Source of the DNA: Eledone cirrhosa | Taxonomy: Eukaryota | Assembly: GCA_964016885.1 (NCBI GenBank) | Contig: OZ024742.1 | Coordinates: forward strand, 144,770,001 to 144,834,000 | DNA: 64,000 nt | Direction: 5' to 3' | Part shown: piece after piece, positions 29,295 through 42,918 of the stretch | How positions within the stretch are numbered: position 1 is the first letter of the stretch | Layout of the letters: each line of letters opens with the position of its first letter | Notes under the pieces: model-generated | The model's input: the letters and a program-made list of their open reading frames with translations, nothing else | Database searches by the model: none | What the model was told of the DNA's origin: nothing | Program-made: the position numbers and the translations under genes

Positions 29295-31610
29295 TTTATA
29301 ACATACCTCTTGTTTTCGTCTTTCCTCGTCAGCGTCACTACGCCCCGACTTACAGGACTGGGAATTCTCCCGTTCTGCTGTTATTTCCAGTAGACGGCTT
29401 CGAGATTGGAGAGCAAGTCTGTTATGTGTACGTAAAGCTCGTAGGGTTAACCATCCAAACTGGGTTATTTGTGCCTCGTACAGCCGGCCAGAACTTCCCA
29501 TATCGGCTTTTCGCAACACTCCACATCTGCCACTGAGAGATATATGGTAGGCTGTTGAGGTAGAATTGTAGTCCACTATCGTCTCCGACCACTCCCACCC
29601 TCCACTCGCCCCGGACATTCGTTCAACGTGATGCTGAAATGCCACACACATCTGCTTGGAATCGAGCAGCATGCACCCGTCTCTGTCCGTCAAAGACCGA
29701 ATCGTGGCTTTGTTTCCACGCTGCACCTCTGCCATTCGGGCCCATCGAACAACTTTCGTTCCCTCGTTTCTTAGAGCACGTGCTCTAGCTCTGACAATGT
29801 AACATTCATGTTTCGCACTAAAGACATTACTCACAGCCATTCTCGCAGCTAACACGTCGGTTGCAATGCCCCTCCTATTCCCCCTTTCCAATCTAGCTAC
29901 TAACTCCACTCATTTCTATTATTTTCTATCGCTACTTCTTTACTAAACGCTATTGATTCTATTCTAATCGCTCTCATGAGTGCGCCCCACTATTTGTTAT
30001 TGACGACTACCCAATGTGCAAATCCGGTCGCTGTAGATTTTACGCGACGGGAACGACGCGTTATGCTTCCAGAAAGTGGGTTTTTGTTTACGTGTTCTCT
30101 CTAGGTCAACAATGCAAATCATCACGAATTTGTGGCTTAAATAGGCGAGCAGTTAAAATTGTGGACACCTATGCTACCCTTATCTTCTAACCTAATCAAA
30201 ACCCTATCTAAATACGATCTAGATGATCCTATACGATTGGTTCAGGTCCACATTGGTGCATTCAGAAAATCTTGTCGGTACTTGTCAGTCAGCCTGATCA
30301 GGTTCTTGGGGATTTTGCACCCCCACTTCTATCAGTTACATCCACACCGGCTCAACGTGAGTCTAAGATTCTGTTCCAGCCCCCCCCCCCCCCACACACA
30401 CACAAACAGTAAAGAGTGAGAAGTTTCTAGAAAGGCTTCCAGATGTCCGATGAAATCCAGAGGTCCTGCCCCAGTCGGGACATTGACCACCACCTGTCTA
30501 AAAGCACCACCTTCGCTATTGCTCACATCCAGGACCACCAACTTACTGTATGGGTCCAGGAACTTCGTCCGTACCTTGAGATCCAGGCATTTTTTAAACA
30601 GCAGACTTCACATTCTAGGTCCACCAAGAGATGTGTAGATCTAAATGTTGTCAAAAATGGGTACTAGAGCGTGTGTCGGAAATCCTGGTCTCGCTGACGA
30701 CTATCAAATCCATAGCTAGTGACCTGAGGTCGTTGAGCCAGTGACGTTGCTTCCAGGACGACCACAGGCCACGAAGATTTATACAACCTATTTTAAAATC
30801 GCCATGTTGGCCATAAAGAGTTAAGAAAGAAAAAAGTGGGTTACTTCCCCTCCGGGTGCTGATGGAGGTCGGGTGGCTCTATCTCCATATTTGATCGGGA
30901 TTCCTTTGGGAAAACCTTTAAAAGCTTACTCGTGGATTTTACAGTAGGGATTTCTACGCTGTAGGAGAAGCTGTCCCTAATGTCTTTGTTGGACATGCAC
31001 ACAATCATTAGATTTTGTGATACTTTCAAAGTGCTAGTGCCAAAAATCTCCCCCGTTTCTCTCAATATCTTTCCTTAGTGCTATGAGGGCCATTAAATAT
31101 TTGTTATCCCTCCTCACTAGCATGAAGTTTGGTATCTGAGTGACTGGTTGTAGTCGTTGCATGTGTCTTTTTTTGTGGGTAATTGTGGTTGTGGTAGTAT
31201 TGGTGGTGCTGGTGGCGGTAACGTTGGTTGTGTTGGTGGTTGTGATATTGGTTGGTTTAGTGTTGTTTTAGATTTGTCTGCATTTGTTGTGGGTGTATTT
31301 TCTGCCTTTTTCTCGCGTGCATGTTGAGGTTTGGCATGGTGATTATTATTTTTTTTTCGTTCTGGGGGTTTGGGGAGTTATGGTGGTTCCTCCTCACCTT
31401 CACTTCGAAATGATAAGGTCCCTGTGTCTGCGGATTCTGTCACTGATATGAGTAAGCGTGTGCTTGTGTTTGTGTGAATGCCTGTGTGTGTGTTTGTATT
31501 TAGAGTTGACGAGGAGAGAGATGGGGGGAGAGATAGCTTCGTTGAAAGACCCCAGGGTGTTTTTACGTTCGATGTTGTTGTGAATGTGATGTTAAAGTTT
31601 TTAAAAGGGA
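29295..31610 (-). mobile_element. Degenerate L1/Tx1-like LINE (probable ORF1 remnant, APE domain, start of RT)
   Basis: FKIGCINLRGLWSSWKQ...DLIVVSETR near 30800; NVPTGAG; downstream ARARAL..EG..IRSL linker; stops and frameshifts. The 5' boundary is uncertain. Confidence 0.75.
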
Positions 31611-31720
31611 GAAGTTCGCCTCTTAATTTTTCCGTGCAAAGTTCTTCTTCTTCTTCTTCTTCTTCTTCTTCTTCTTCTTCTTCTTCTTCTTCTTCTTCTT
31701 CTTCTTCTTCTTCTTCTTCT

Positions 31721-31812
<92 letters not shown>

Positions 31813-31917
31813 TTGCCATAGCTACAGGAAAAAAACAACTGGACACTCTTTCTGATGAAAGAGATATGGAGTGTCGCTCCCAACAGTAGAATTGACTGAT
31901 TCATCCAGTACGAGACA

Positions 31918-31969
<52 letters not shown>

Positions 31970-32012
31970 AAGAACACAAGAGCGTCTACAACATCAAAAG
32001 ATTTTTATTGTT

Positions 32013-32114
<102 letters not shown>

Positions 32115-32165
32115 ATTTCCCGAAAAGGAACTGAAAAACATCACAGTTGAATATATTACTAAATT

Positions 32166-32300
32166 TATTTCATATGGACAAATTACTTCTACAGGACTAG
32201 AACTGTATTATTCGTTTAAAATCTCCATAATAGTATTTCCTGGTGATTTCAAATGCAAGAAACAGTTCTGGTCCTGTAGAATTCATTTCCATATGAAATA
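32166..32300. repeat. Imperfect inverted repeat
   Basis: tttcatatgga..ttctacaggactagaactg / cagttctggtcctgtagaa..tccatatgaaa. Confidence 0.7.
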
Positions 32301-34020
32301 CATCATGTGTGCGCGCGCGTGTGTGTTTATATGCACAAATTATTATGAAGAAGCTTTATGTTTCGATCATACATAGATATATGTATGGAGCAGAAAGAGA
32401 GATGGTAAGGAGAAAGACGGTATGAGATAAATACGTAAACATTTGTAAAGAAGGTGAATTATATCTGATGGCTCTATCTGCGTCATTTTGTGGAAGTATC
32501 ATCCATAAATCTTCAAGGTAGATTGGCACAGGGTATTTCTTTATAATAAATCGATATTTTATGATTTATTTATGTAAGTTTTATGATTTGACCATATCAG
32601 GAAAATCACTTTAGTAAATAAGGCTTGCAGTCTTGAAATTCATTTTACTCTTGCTTACGTTGGTGTGTCGACTTTTTCAGTTTTCTTAGATACTGCTTGG
32701 CAGCTAAAAAGATACTTGCAAAAGAAAGCAATCCCAATGCTTACCATGTCTTTCACACACGCTTGATGAGCAATATCAGATACGATGCCGATAAAATGAC
32801 AACTACCATGGTCAGTCCAATTTATTTTTCTTCCATGAGCCTCTAAACTTGCATAAAATCACAAAAGTTTTACTGAAAATAAAGAACATACCTCATTCGC
32901 TATTCTTTTTATGATTGCTAGTCGTTGCATTTGAGCATATTTGTAAATATCTAAGTATACATGCACATTTCGCGCACGGAAATTTGTATATATAGTAATC
33001 ATATATGTAAAAATACAAGACGAAAAACCTTAAACGTTTTGAATGACTTCATTATGTAAACTCACTACGCTATCTTCAATTGATCTACATATTTTTGACA
33101 ACATAAAATTTGGTTCTTTTTTTGTGTGTTAAACTTCTGTCGTAAAATGTTCTGTAGAAGTTAATTTATGGCGTTGTCATTCGTAGGAATGAGCGAAAAA
33201 TCACAGAACACCAGGCAGGCGACTGTGATTTGAATACCCAGAGAGCTCCTGATTTGATTTTGTTTTTGCATGCGTTTTAAGCAGGGTTTTGATTTGATTT
33301 TTATGACAGCAATTTCCACAACGTTTTGATGTAACAACTAGCCTTGATGGTTGTCCTGTTTGGCAAGATTTTAATTAGCTAAATGTTCTTCTGCTTTGAT
33401 AAAGTACTACCAATCATTCACCTTCGCAGGAGGGAAAGTTCTTTAATACTTTTACACTAAATTTAACTGTTCATTAGTAATGTGTTAAAACTCATCACAA
33501 TCCTGTTTTATGCGACACGAAAAGCAAATTTATTACACGTGGTTGCTGTTGCTGCTTCTATTATCGCTGTTGTTGTACTTGCTGCTGCACCTGCTGCTGC
33601 TTATGTTTTTTTTGTTTGTGTTTTTTTATTTTTTTGTAGGTGGGTAATCGTTCTCTCTCAGCTCTACTTTAACAAACATTATGGTACTAAGGTATTCCAT
33701 TGAACAGAATACCCAATCACCAAGCCATCTTTATACTGTATAAGGTTAAAATATACACGTTTAGATAAGAATGGGAAGTTTTGGGAATATTTGATTACGG
33801 CACCGAGGAGGTCGAAATGACTGAATAGAAATCACATAGCAGCTACACAATCAACTAGCGTTTAATGTGTTTGTATTTCTTAGCATGTGTCGAGATTTCT
33901 TATCCCATCGCTTTAATAGTACAGCATCCTTGGAAAAGACAAGGAACTCTTGCTCATTTTGTGCCCCCAACTGTATAGTAGACAAGGATCTCTACCAATT
34001 AATTATGCTCTCTCTCTCTC

Positions 34021-34095
<75 letters not shown>

Positions 34096-34262
34096 CTCTC
34101 TCTATCTCTATCTCTCTCTCTCTCTCTGTATATATATATAAATATATATATATACATATATATATATACATATATATATATACATATATATGTGTGTGTA
34201 TGTGTGTATGTCTATGTATATGAGCGTGGTATATATATATATATATTTATGTATAAGTATAA

Positions 34263-34339
<77 letters not shown>

Positions 34340-34428
34340 AATATATATACAATATATTAACAAATGGAAACTATATTTATAAAACCATATTTATTTTATT
34401 ATAGATATTTCAAGGGCCACCAAACCTC

Positions 34429-34459
<31 letters not shown>

Positions 34460-34464
<5 letters not shown>

Positions 34465-34977
34465 TAAACGGAAAAGAAACTGCTGACAAATTGTTCCCAG
34501 TGAAAAATAGTTTAATTAGGAATAAGTAAAAATTAGTAATAAGTATTGGTTAGTATTCAGTTTTGGTTTTAAGTTTTACCGGTTGCACATTTCTAATGCT
34601 TTTCAAAAATTATTTTCAGATAGAGCGCCCGTGATGTTTGCTCTAATCTGATTAGTTTTGGAAATTCTACCTGTTTTATGTGAAAAAAGTGGCTCCAGAT
34701 GTATTAAAATAAGTTTCGCGCCAATTCGTGTTGCAAAAATTCTTGTGGTCAAAACAATTTTGATTGGTCTCTAGAGGTCGTGTGAATGTTAAAAATTGAT
34801 TTTGCGCGAAATGTAGGTTTGTGTCGGCTGATTGAGAAGTCACTGAAAAATAAGTCTTTCAAAACAAATATATATGTGTGTGTGTAGTAGTAGTAAAGAG
34901 GTTCGTTGTTGTGATAATGGTCAGCAGGGATGTGTGTGCGAACCACAGCCTTTTGACAGTTCAAATGCCTATTAAGA

Positions 34978-35038
<61 letters not shown>

Positions 35039-35957
35039 GTCAATGAAAAACATCCTAACACATGCCAAAGTACTGCCAACCACAACGACGAAACCCACTG
35101 TAAAAAAATGCGATAGACCCAACTGTGGCATATGCGTCAACCTAATAGAGGGTTCGGAATTCTATTTCAAAGAAGGACAACGTTTTATAGTAAAACACAA
35201 TTTCACATGCACATCAGGAAATCTAATATATGTATTAACTTGCTCAGGTTGTCGAGAACAATACATAGGCCAGACCAAATACAGCCTCCTCCAACGCATG
35301 ACTGTCCATAGATCCCAAATTAAAATACGGGAATACAGGAAAATACCACTGAGTGAACACATTGATACCTGTGCCGCCCAAAATCATCCCAACTTCAGAA
35401 TCTTTCCCCTCTACAAATTTAAAGATAATGCCACCCACACCCAGCGCATCAGCAAGGAATCTCACTTTATTAACAAATACGGACCCCGTCTAAACACTTC
35501 TCCCTAAGACGAACCCACAACATACGCACGTCAACATACATACCTACATCAGCATACATCTCTATCCACATATAAACACAATGACATACGTAAACACACA
35601 TGTTCTATGGTGCAACACAAATATACACAAATTTGCATACCTTTTGATGTCTTTAGATATAAACGTGCCGACACACATACATAAACGCACACATGCATTG
35701 CACACTGTTGGGAACATACATATTTGTACACAAGTATTCCAATACGGCAACGCCTAATGGATTCCTTTTGCAGTACGTACAATCTGGACACTCACACACA
35801 CCTTGGTATTATGCCAATACTATATATCATTTCACACCTTTTATTATTAAGGTTTCTGATGTTCTATTGAGAGAATCGTTTTTAGTGAAAATATCGAATA
35901 ATGTACACCATTTTTACCAGTATCACAAAAATACTGCCCCCCCTCCACACACACACA

Positions 35958-36005
<48 letters not shown>

Positions 36006-36178
36006 CACACACACATACACACGCGTACATTAACATACAAAGAGACATACACACACACACACACACACTTCTCCGTATAAGACAAGAGCTGAAAAATCTC
36101 TTTTAACATGTTAAAATAACCCCCACACACGTACAGACACATTCCTACTGACCATCCCTGCTACCAAGAATTACTCTG

Positions 36179-36277
<99 letters not shown>

Positions 36278-36305
36278 TACACACACACACACACACATAC
36301 ACACA

Positions 36306-36355
<50 letters not shown>

Positions 36356-36910
36356 TCTTAATAGGCATTTGAACTGTCAACAGGCTGCGGTTCGCACACA
36401 CATCCCTGCTGACCATTATCACAACAACGAACCTCTTTACTACTACTACTACTACACACACACACATATTTGTTTTGAAAGACTTATTTTTCAGTGACTT
36501 CTCAATCAGCCGACACAAACCTACATTTGGCGCAAAATCAATTTTTAACATTCACATGACCTCTACCGACTAATCAAAATTGTTTTGACCACAAGAATTT
36601 TTGCAACACGAATTGGCGCGAAACTTATTTTAATACATCTGGAGCCACTTTTTTCACATAAAACAGGTAGAATTTCCAAAACTAATCAGATTAGAGCAAA
36701 CATCACGGGCGCTCTATCTGAAAATTATTTTTGAAAAGCATTAGAAATGCGCAACCGGTAAAACTTAAAACCAAAACGGAATACTAACCAATACTATTAC
36801 TAATTTTTATTTATTCCTAATTAAACTATTTTTCACTGGGAACAATTTGTCAGCAGTTTCTTTTCCGTTTACCAATATATCATAACTCGTGTGTTACACC
36901 TCTATTCTTT

Positions 36911-36915
<5 letters not shown>
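34460..36915 (+). mobile_element. 5'-truncated Neptune-like PLE with an inverted ~570-bp terminal copy (family G), in (TA)n
   Basis: 34460-35036 is the inverse of ~36300-36877. The right arm adds a ~35-nt tail, and the element encloses a GIY-YIG frame. Confidence 0.9.
35037..35507 (+). pseudogene. PLE GIY-YIG endonuclease with Cys-rich linker; uninterrupted C-terminal fragment
   Basis: CDRPNCGIC...FTCTSGNLIYVLTCSGCREQYIGQT..LLQRMTVH...KESHFINKYGPRLN. The N-terminal part of the tracked ORF is the inverted arm and is not coding. Confidence 0.9.
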
Positions 36916-36965
<50 letters not shown>

Positions 36966-36971
<6 letters not shown>

Positions 36972-38576
36972 TAAAATAACAGATTAAAGTTTAAGCAAAG
37001 AATCGCTGCTATCACCCTTAACGAGATCTTCTGAAACTAAAAAAGTCAATCTGTGAACGCAGAAGTAAATATTTCAAAAAACGTTGCAACCGAAGAAAGA
37101 CAGAAAGACGATACTTTGGTTCGTGGAAACGTTCCCTGGCAAAGAACGGGAAAAAACGAATATAATACGTAATTATTTGGTGCAGTGAAAACAATTCCAC
37201 ACGAAGACAAAACCACGTTTATGGTATAAATGAAGTCGTAGACTAATTAGTTGGTTCATGGAGACGTTCTCTGGCAATGAACGGAAAAAACGAAGATAAT
37301 ACGTCATTATGTGGAGCAAAGAGAACAATTACACGTAAATGGTATAACTGAAGTTGTAGACTAAAATTCTATTCAGGAAACCGAATGATTCTCGGCTTCA
37401 CAGTTAAGAATAAAGTAAATAAAATACAGAGGTAATTGAAATTAAATATATACATACACAAGCATACGCGAAACCACTCCCTATGGGTATGCAAATACAA
37501 GCACGTACACAAAAAACACACACACACACACACGCACATACAGAACCCACGCAACGCCTGTACTGCACACATACGAACGTATACACCAAATACACATAAA
37601 AAAATTCGTATAGGTAAGTATATATTACCTATATGTTTTGTGAAAGTACGTATATTTTCTCGTACGTATATTTGCTTGTATTTGCTATTGGCGTATATAT
37701 TATATATACTGGTACATGTACATTTGGTTGTGTGTATACGGGAGTTTTGCGTCTGTGTGAGTATGCGGGTTCGTACGTGTGTAGGGTGTGTGTATATGTG
37801 TACTCTGTGTTGGTTGACGTACGTCCGCAAACATATGTGTCTTTACGTATTTATGTGTGTATATTTAAATACGTTTTTTTAATTATGTATACACGCACGC
37901 ACACACACACACACACACACACACATGTGTATATATATATGTTTTTATTTATTTTTTATGTGTATTTTGTGTATACGTTCGTATGTGTGCAGTACAGGCG
38001 TTGCGTGGGTTCTGTATGTGCGTGTGTGGGGTTTTTTTGTGTAAGTGCTTGTATTTGCATACCCATGGGGAGTAGTTTCGCGTATGCTTGTGTATGTACG
38101 TACATGGATGTGTGTATGTATATATTTAATTTCAATTACCTCTGTATTTTATTTACTTTATTCTTAACTCTGAAGCCGAGAATCATTCGGTTTCCTAAAT
38201 AGAATTTTAGTCTACGACTTCAGTTATACAATAAACGTGATTTTGTCTTCGCGTGTAATTGTTTTCACTGCACCAAATAATGACGTATTATCTTCGTTTT
38301 TTTCCGTTCTTTGCCAGGGAACGTTTCCACGAACCAAAGTATCGTCTTTCTGTCTTCCTTCGGTTGCAACGTTTTTTGAAATATTTACTTCTGCATTCAC
38401 AGATTGACTTTTTTAGTTTCAGAAGATCCCGTTAAGGGTGAAAGCAGCGATTCTTTGCTTAAACTTTAATCTGTTGTTTTAATAAATATTTGCTCTACGG
38501 TTCTTATATATCTGATATATATTTATCCTCATCGAACCCTCTTTGTATTTTAGTCTTCAAATTTATTATTATTACT
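36966..38576 (+). mobile_element. Long family B fold-back (~530-630-bp arms) with ~90-nt tail
   Basis: 36966-37600 is the inverse of ~37955-38487; the left arm has an internal ~135-bp duplication. Confidence 0.8.
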
Positions 38577-38959
38577 ATATATATATATATCTATATATAT
38601 ATATATATACTATATATATATACTATTATTATTACTATATATATATATACATATATATATATGTATATATATGTATATATACATGCATATATATATACAT
38701 AATATATTTGCATATAATATATATATATATATATATAGATATATATAATAATAATAAAAATAATACTATTTATAGTTATGTATATAATATAAACAACTAT
38801 AAACAGGAAAGGTCAGTAATTTCCTACTACCTTATTACCAGTAAGAGAAATAGCTCAATGTAAGAACATCAGTTGTTTTACAGAGCAGGAAAAAAAAAAA
38901 TTATATATATAACGCAGCCGTTCATTATGCTTACTTTTTTTGTGTATATATATATATAA

Positions 38960-39306
38960 ATATGTACACGTACATACATATATGCATACAGACGTACAGT
39001 AGTATGCCGATTAACTCACTTGATATGCAAATTAGGCTGCTCAACCGTTAATATGCATAAGGAAAGTATATACTTTCAGACATTCAACCATCTGGCAGGA
39101 AGGTATACGTTGCTGACGATAGCTAATAAGCTTGAAACTAGTACAGCGTTCCTTTGTCAGTGTTGAACAAATGAGCAACGATGGTTGCTAGACACTGTAC
39201 GGCTTAATTCGAGATGTTTGTTTACAAACACACCGAGCATTATAATAAATGTTCGGTGAATCCATACGTACATATATATATATATATATATATATATGTG
39301 TTCATG

Positions 39307-39372
<66 letters not shown>

Positions 39373-39466
39373 TACTACTGTACATATATATATGTACGTA
39401 TACATACTTATATTTAAGTAACAGCCGTACTAAGAGTGAGAAATGAAATTTCGTTTCATTTTTTCC

Positions 39467-39470
<4 letters not shown>
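38960..39470 (+). mobile_element. Family D element with intact hammerhead
   Basis: Homologous to 18229-18504 and 15524-15717; short inverted arm at 38960-39006. Confidence 0.7.
39107..39149 (+). ncRNA. Minimal type I hammerhead ribozyme (GUA site, predicted cleavage after 39143)
   Basis: acgttg-CTGACGA-t-agct(aata)agct-t-GAAA-ctag-TA-cagcgt; palindromic ACTAGT. Confidence 0.8.
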
Positions 39471-39506
<36 letters not shown>

Positions 39507-40675
39507 ATTGTCTTTTTTAATCGCAACTTCTACATAAGTCAGTCATTTTTGTTCGCCTCCAAATCAGTAGGAGAAAAACTATACAGCAAATATTGGAAAT
39601 AGGTTTTATTGGAACAAACATATCATCTTTTTACTTACAACACTCAGCTGTTTAATCAACTCCATCCTTTTTCTTTACATAAACCATTGGGAAAATTAAA
39701 TTCACAAGAAGATAAATATATATCCGCTAAGGACTTCGGTTACCTTCCATATAAACATGTATCTAATGCTAGGCTGCCTTACAGAGTATTTTACAAAGAA
39801 TTTTCTAGAATATCCTGTTGTTACTTATAGAAAAGGAAACAATCAATTGATATTCGTATTATTGAGTTATTTCCAACTTGTTGGCCATGTGCTTGGTTTA
39901 AATCGGAGCAAGGAAAATATAAAACACGATTCATAAAATCTTTATAATTTAACGAATACTTTCATATAAATACTGAATAGAACTAATGGGTCGTTAAAAT
40001 ACCCGTGGGGTTATCAAGATCATTTTGTAACTGCGTATTTTCTAGTTTTGATTTTATTGGACATTGGTCTTCTACTTGTGCCTGTAATTTAGTATACAGA
40101 AACTCTGCGGAAGTCCGTCGAAAGGACGGCACGTGTTCTTATGTGATTGTTATTTTGTTGCTTAACCTCAAGACAACGTTTATTGAGAAGGCTTACGACC
40201 AGACATGACCATCCCATCCTTTTTCTTATGTGCAGGGAATATATGATAAAACGCTGAAATAAGCATGGCGTCTGTCTGAGACATAAAAAAGAAAGGGTAA
40301 AAGAAGCGGGAGGGAGATGGTAGGGAACCCAGGGCTACATTATACAACGTGTTTTTTTTAAGACGTATTCATTTGAAAGAGATGTGGCTACTATTTTTAG
40401 CAGGTCAAACGCACTAGTAGAAGTTCTTTTGTGGAATCGTCTTGTTTATTGAAGACAGCAAGGTGTGATTTAAGAGAAGTTTGACTGATATTTCTAGCAA
40501 TTCGGGAAACCACGTAGAGGTTTCTTTATGAGAGCTTGAACTATCTCGTTGACTTGTTCTTGAGTGGTATACATCATCAGTCGTCGGTCTGAGGATACTC
40601 AATGAACTGTGATCTTTTGCTCCTTTTCACATCTACTCGTCTTGGAGGTCCTTTCTCTGACCACACCCACTAGAC

Positions 40676-40872
40676 CAGCATTTCTAAACTTTTTTACCCT
40701 TGGGAAACCCTTAAAATAGTTTTCATATCGCAGGGAACCCGTGCATAAAAATTATTATATACCATTAATAATATCTAAATACATTAGCTTGTTTATCACT
40801 GTTTCTCGTGAAACACCTAGCAACCTTTTGCGGAACCCTAGCGTTCTCTGGAACACCGGTTGAGAAACGCTG
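40676..40872. mobile_element. hAT/Charlie-like MITE, 197 bp
   Basis: TIRs cagcatttctaaac / gttgagaaacgctg; 8-bp TSD-like flanks cactagac / gactagaa. Confidence 0.75.
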
Positions 40873-41224
40873 GACTAGAATATATTAAAACAATGTCAAC
40901 ATGAAAGCAGTTTGGTCTGTCATATAGACATTACAGTGGCCACTTTATATTACCACTTCCGTTACTATTCTGTTACTGTTGCTACTGTTACTTTGCTGCT
41001 ACTGCTCTTGCTACTGTTGATATTGTTACTATCACCGTTGCTACTGTTGCTCTTTTTATTGGTACTACGGTTGCTTTTTAAAATTCTTATTCAGTGACAG
41101 AATGGCAGTATCTCAGAGTGAAAGGAATATCCTAATGTTTGGAACAGAGAAAACTCCGCCAAAGGCACCTAAGGGATATGTGGTGCTGTTAAACTGGGAA
41201 ATAGACTAAGTCTTCCACTCATAT

Positions 41225-41410
41225 ATGTTACTCCGGATTTGAACTAAGAACACAAAAAGCCGGAACATATACTTACTTTTTATTGACCCCTGGAAAGATG
41301 AAAGACAAAGTTCACTTCAGTGGGACTTGAACTCAAATGCAAAGAGCCGGAATAAATACAACGAGGCATTTTGTTTGATGCTCTAACGACTTTGCCAGTT
41401 CGTCGTCAAT
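41225..41410 (-). mobile_element. Old CORE-like SINE relics (similar relics at 20930-21040, 52260-52430 and 53255-53430)
   Basis: ttttattgacccctggaaagatgaaagacaaagtt...gggacttgaactca. Confidence 0.65.
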
Positions 41411-42032
41411 TGTTATTGATGTTAAATATGTCCCTGCATCAGTTGCTACTGTAGTTTCTACAATCATTCAACGCCACCATAAACTATAACAACGAAACGG
41501 GTCAATTTGATCGCTTGACTTACTAAATATTGTAGCAACCAAATAGGTCTTCAACCACACACACAAGCGCGCGCGCACATACGCACACACACATACGCAC
41601 ACACACATACGCACGCACACACATCACACATACACACACACGCACGCATATACGCATACACACGTATACACTACCTTTTCGAAAGCAACAAAACAAAACA
41701 CGTTAGGCTTGTGTTCCCTGCACACAGGGAAAAAATAATGGGAATAGTCACGGTTGTGTGGCTGATATACAATTGATCATGTATTAGGACTAACCTGGAA
41801 CTAAGGAACAACAACATCAACAACAACAACAACATAATAATAATAAAACTAATAGAAATAACAGCGACAACAATTACATGAAGTACAATGGCAACAACTG
41901 CAAATGGCGTCGACAACAACAATGGAAATAATGAATTATGAAAACTAAATCTACCAACACCACCACTCTCGTTCTGAGTACAATACCTTTACCAGTAGCA
42001 CTTACACCACAAACAAATACAATCGTTATTAT

Positions 42033-42918
42033 TAAAGGACCGTGAAGGCGGTGGATTGGCAGTATCGGTAGAGGGTCGGACGTCATGCTTCTACGCATAG
42101 AGTTACGGCCCTTTCCATTCTGAGTTCAAATCCCGCCGAGGTCAACTTTGGCTTTCATCCTTACGGGGTCGATAAAATAAAGTACCAGTAATGTACTGAG
42201 TAATTGCTGGCCTTGTGCCAAAATTAGAAACAATTATTAAAGGGCCGCGAGGGCGGTGGATTGGCAGTATCAGTAGAGCATCGGACGCCATGCTTTGCGG
42301 CATAGAGTTACGGTCCTTTATGATCTGAGTTCAAATCCCGCCGAGGTTAACTTTGCCTTTCATCCTTACGGGGTCGATAAAATAAAGCACCAGTAATGTA
42401 CTGAGGTCGATTTAATCGATTTTCCCCTCACCCCCAAAATTGCTGGCCTTGTGCCTATATAAGAAACCATCATTAAAGAGCCGTGGATTGGCAGTTTCAG
42501 TAGATCATCGGACAACAAGCTTTGTGGCATTTAGTTGCGGCCCTTTACTTTCTGAGTTCCAATCCTGCCAAAGTTAGCTCTGCCTTTCATCCTTACGGGG
42601 TCGATAAAATAAAGTACCAGTAACGCACTGGGGTCGATTTAATGGACTTTCCCCTCTCCATAGTTGTTAGCCTCGTACCTATATCAGAAACTTTATTAAA
42701 GGGCAGTGGATTGGCAATATCGGCAGAGCGCCGATCAACATCCTTAGCGGCATATAATTGCGGTCCTTTACGTTCTGAGTTCCCATTCCACCGAAGTTAG
42801 TTTTGCCTTTCATCCTTACGGGGTCGATAAAATAAAGTACCAATAATGTACTAGTGTCGATTTAATCGACTTTCCCCTCCCTCAAATTATTGGCCTTGCG
42901 CCTAAATCAGAAACCATT
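42033..42918 (+). mobile_element. Four head-to-tail CORE-like SINE copies
   Basis: gtggattggca...gcctttcatccttacggggtcgataaaataaag...agaaac units start near 42033, 42238, 42474 and 42697. Confidence 0.9.
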
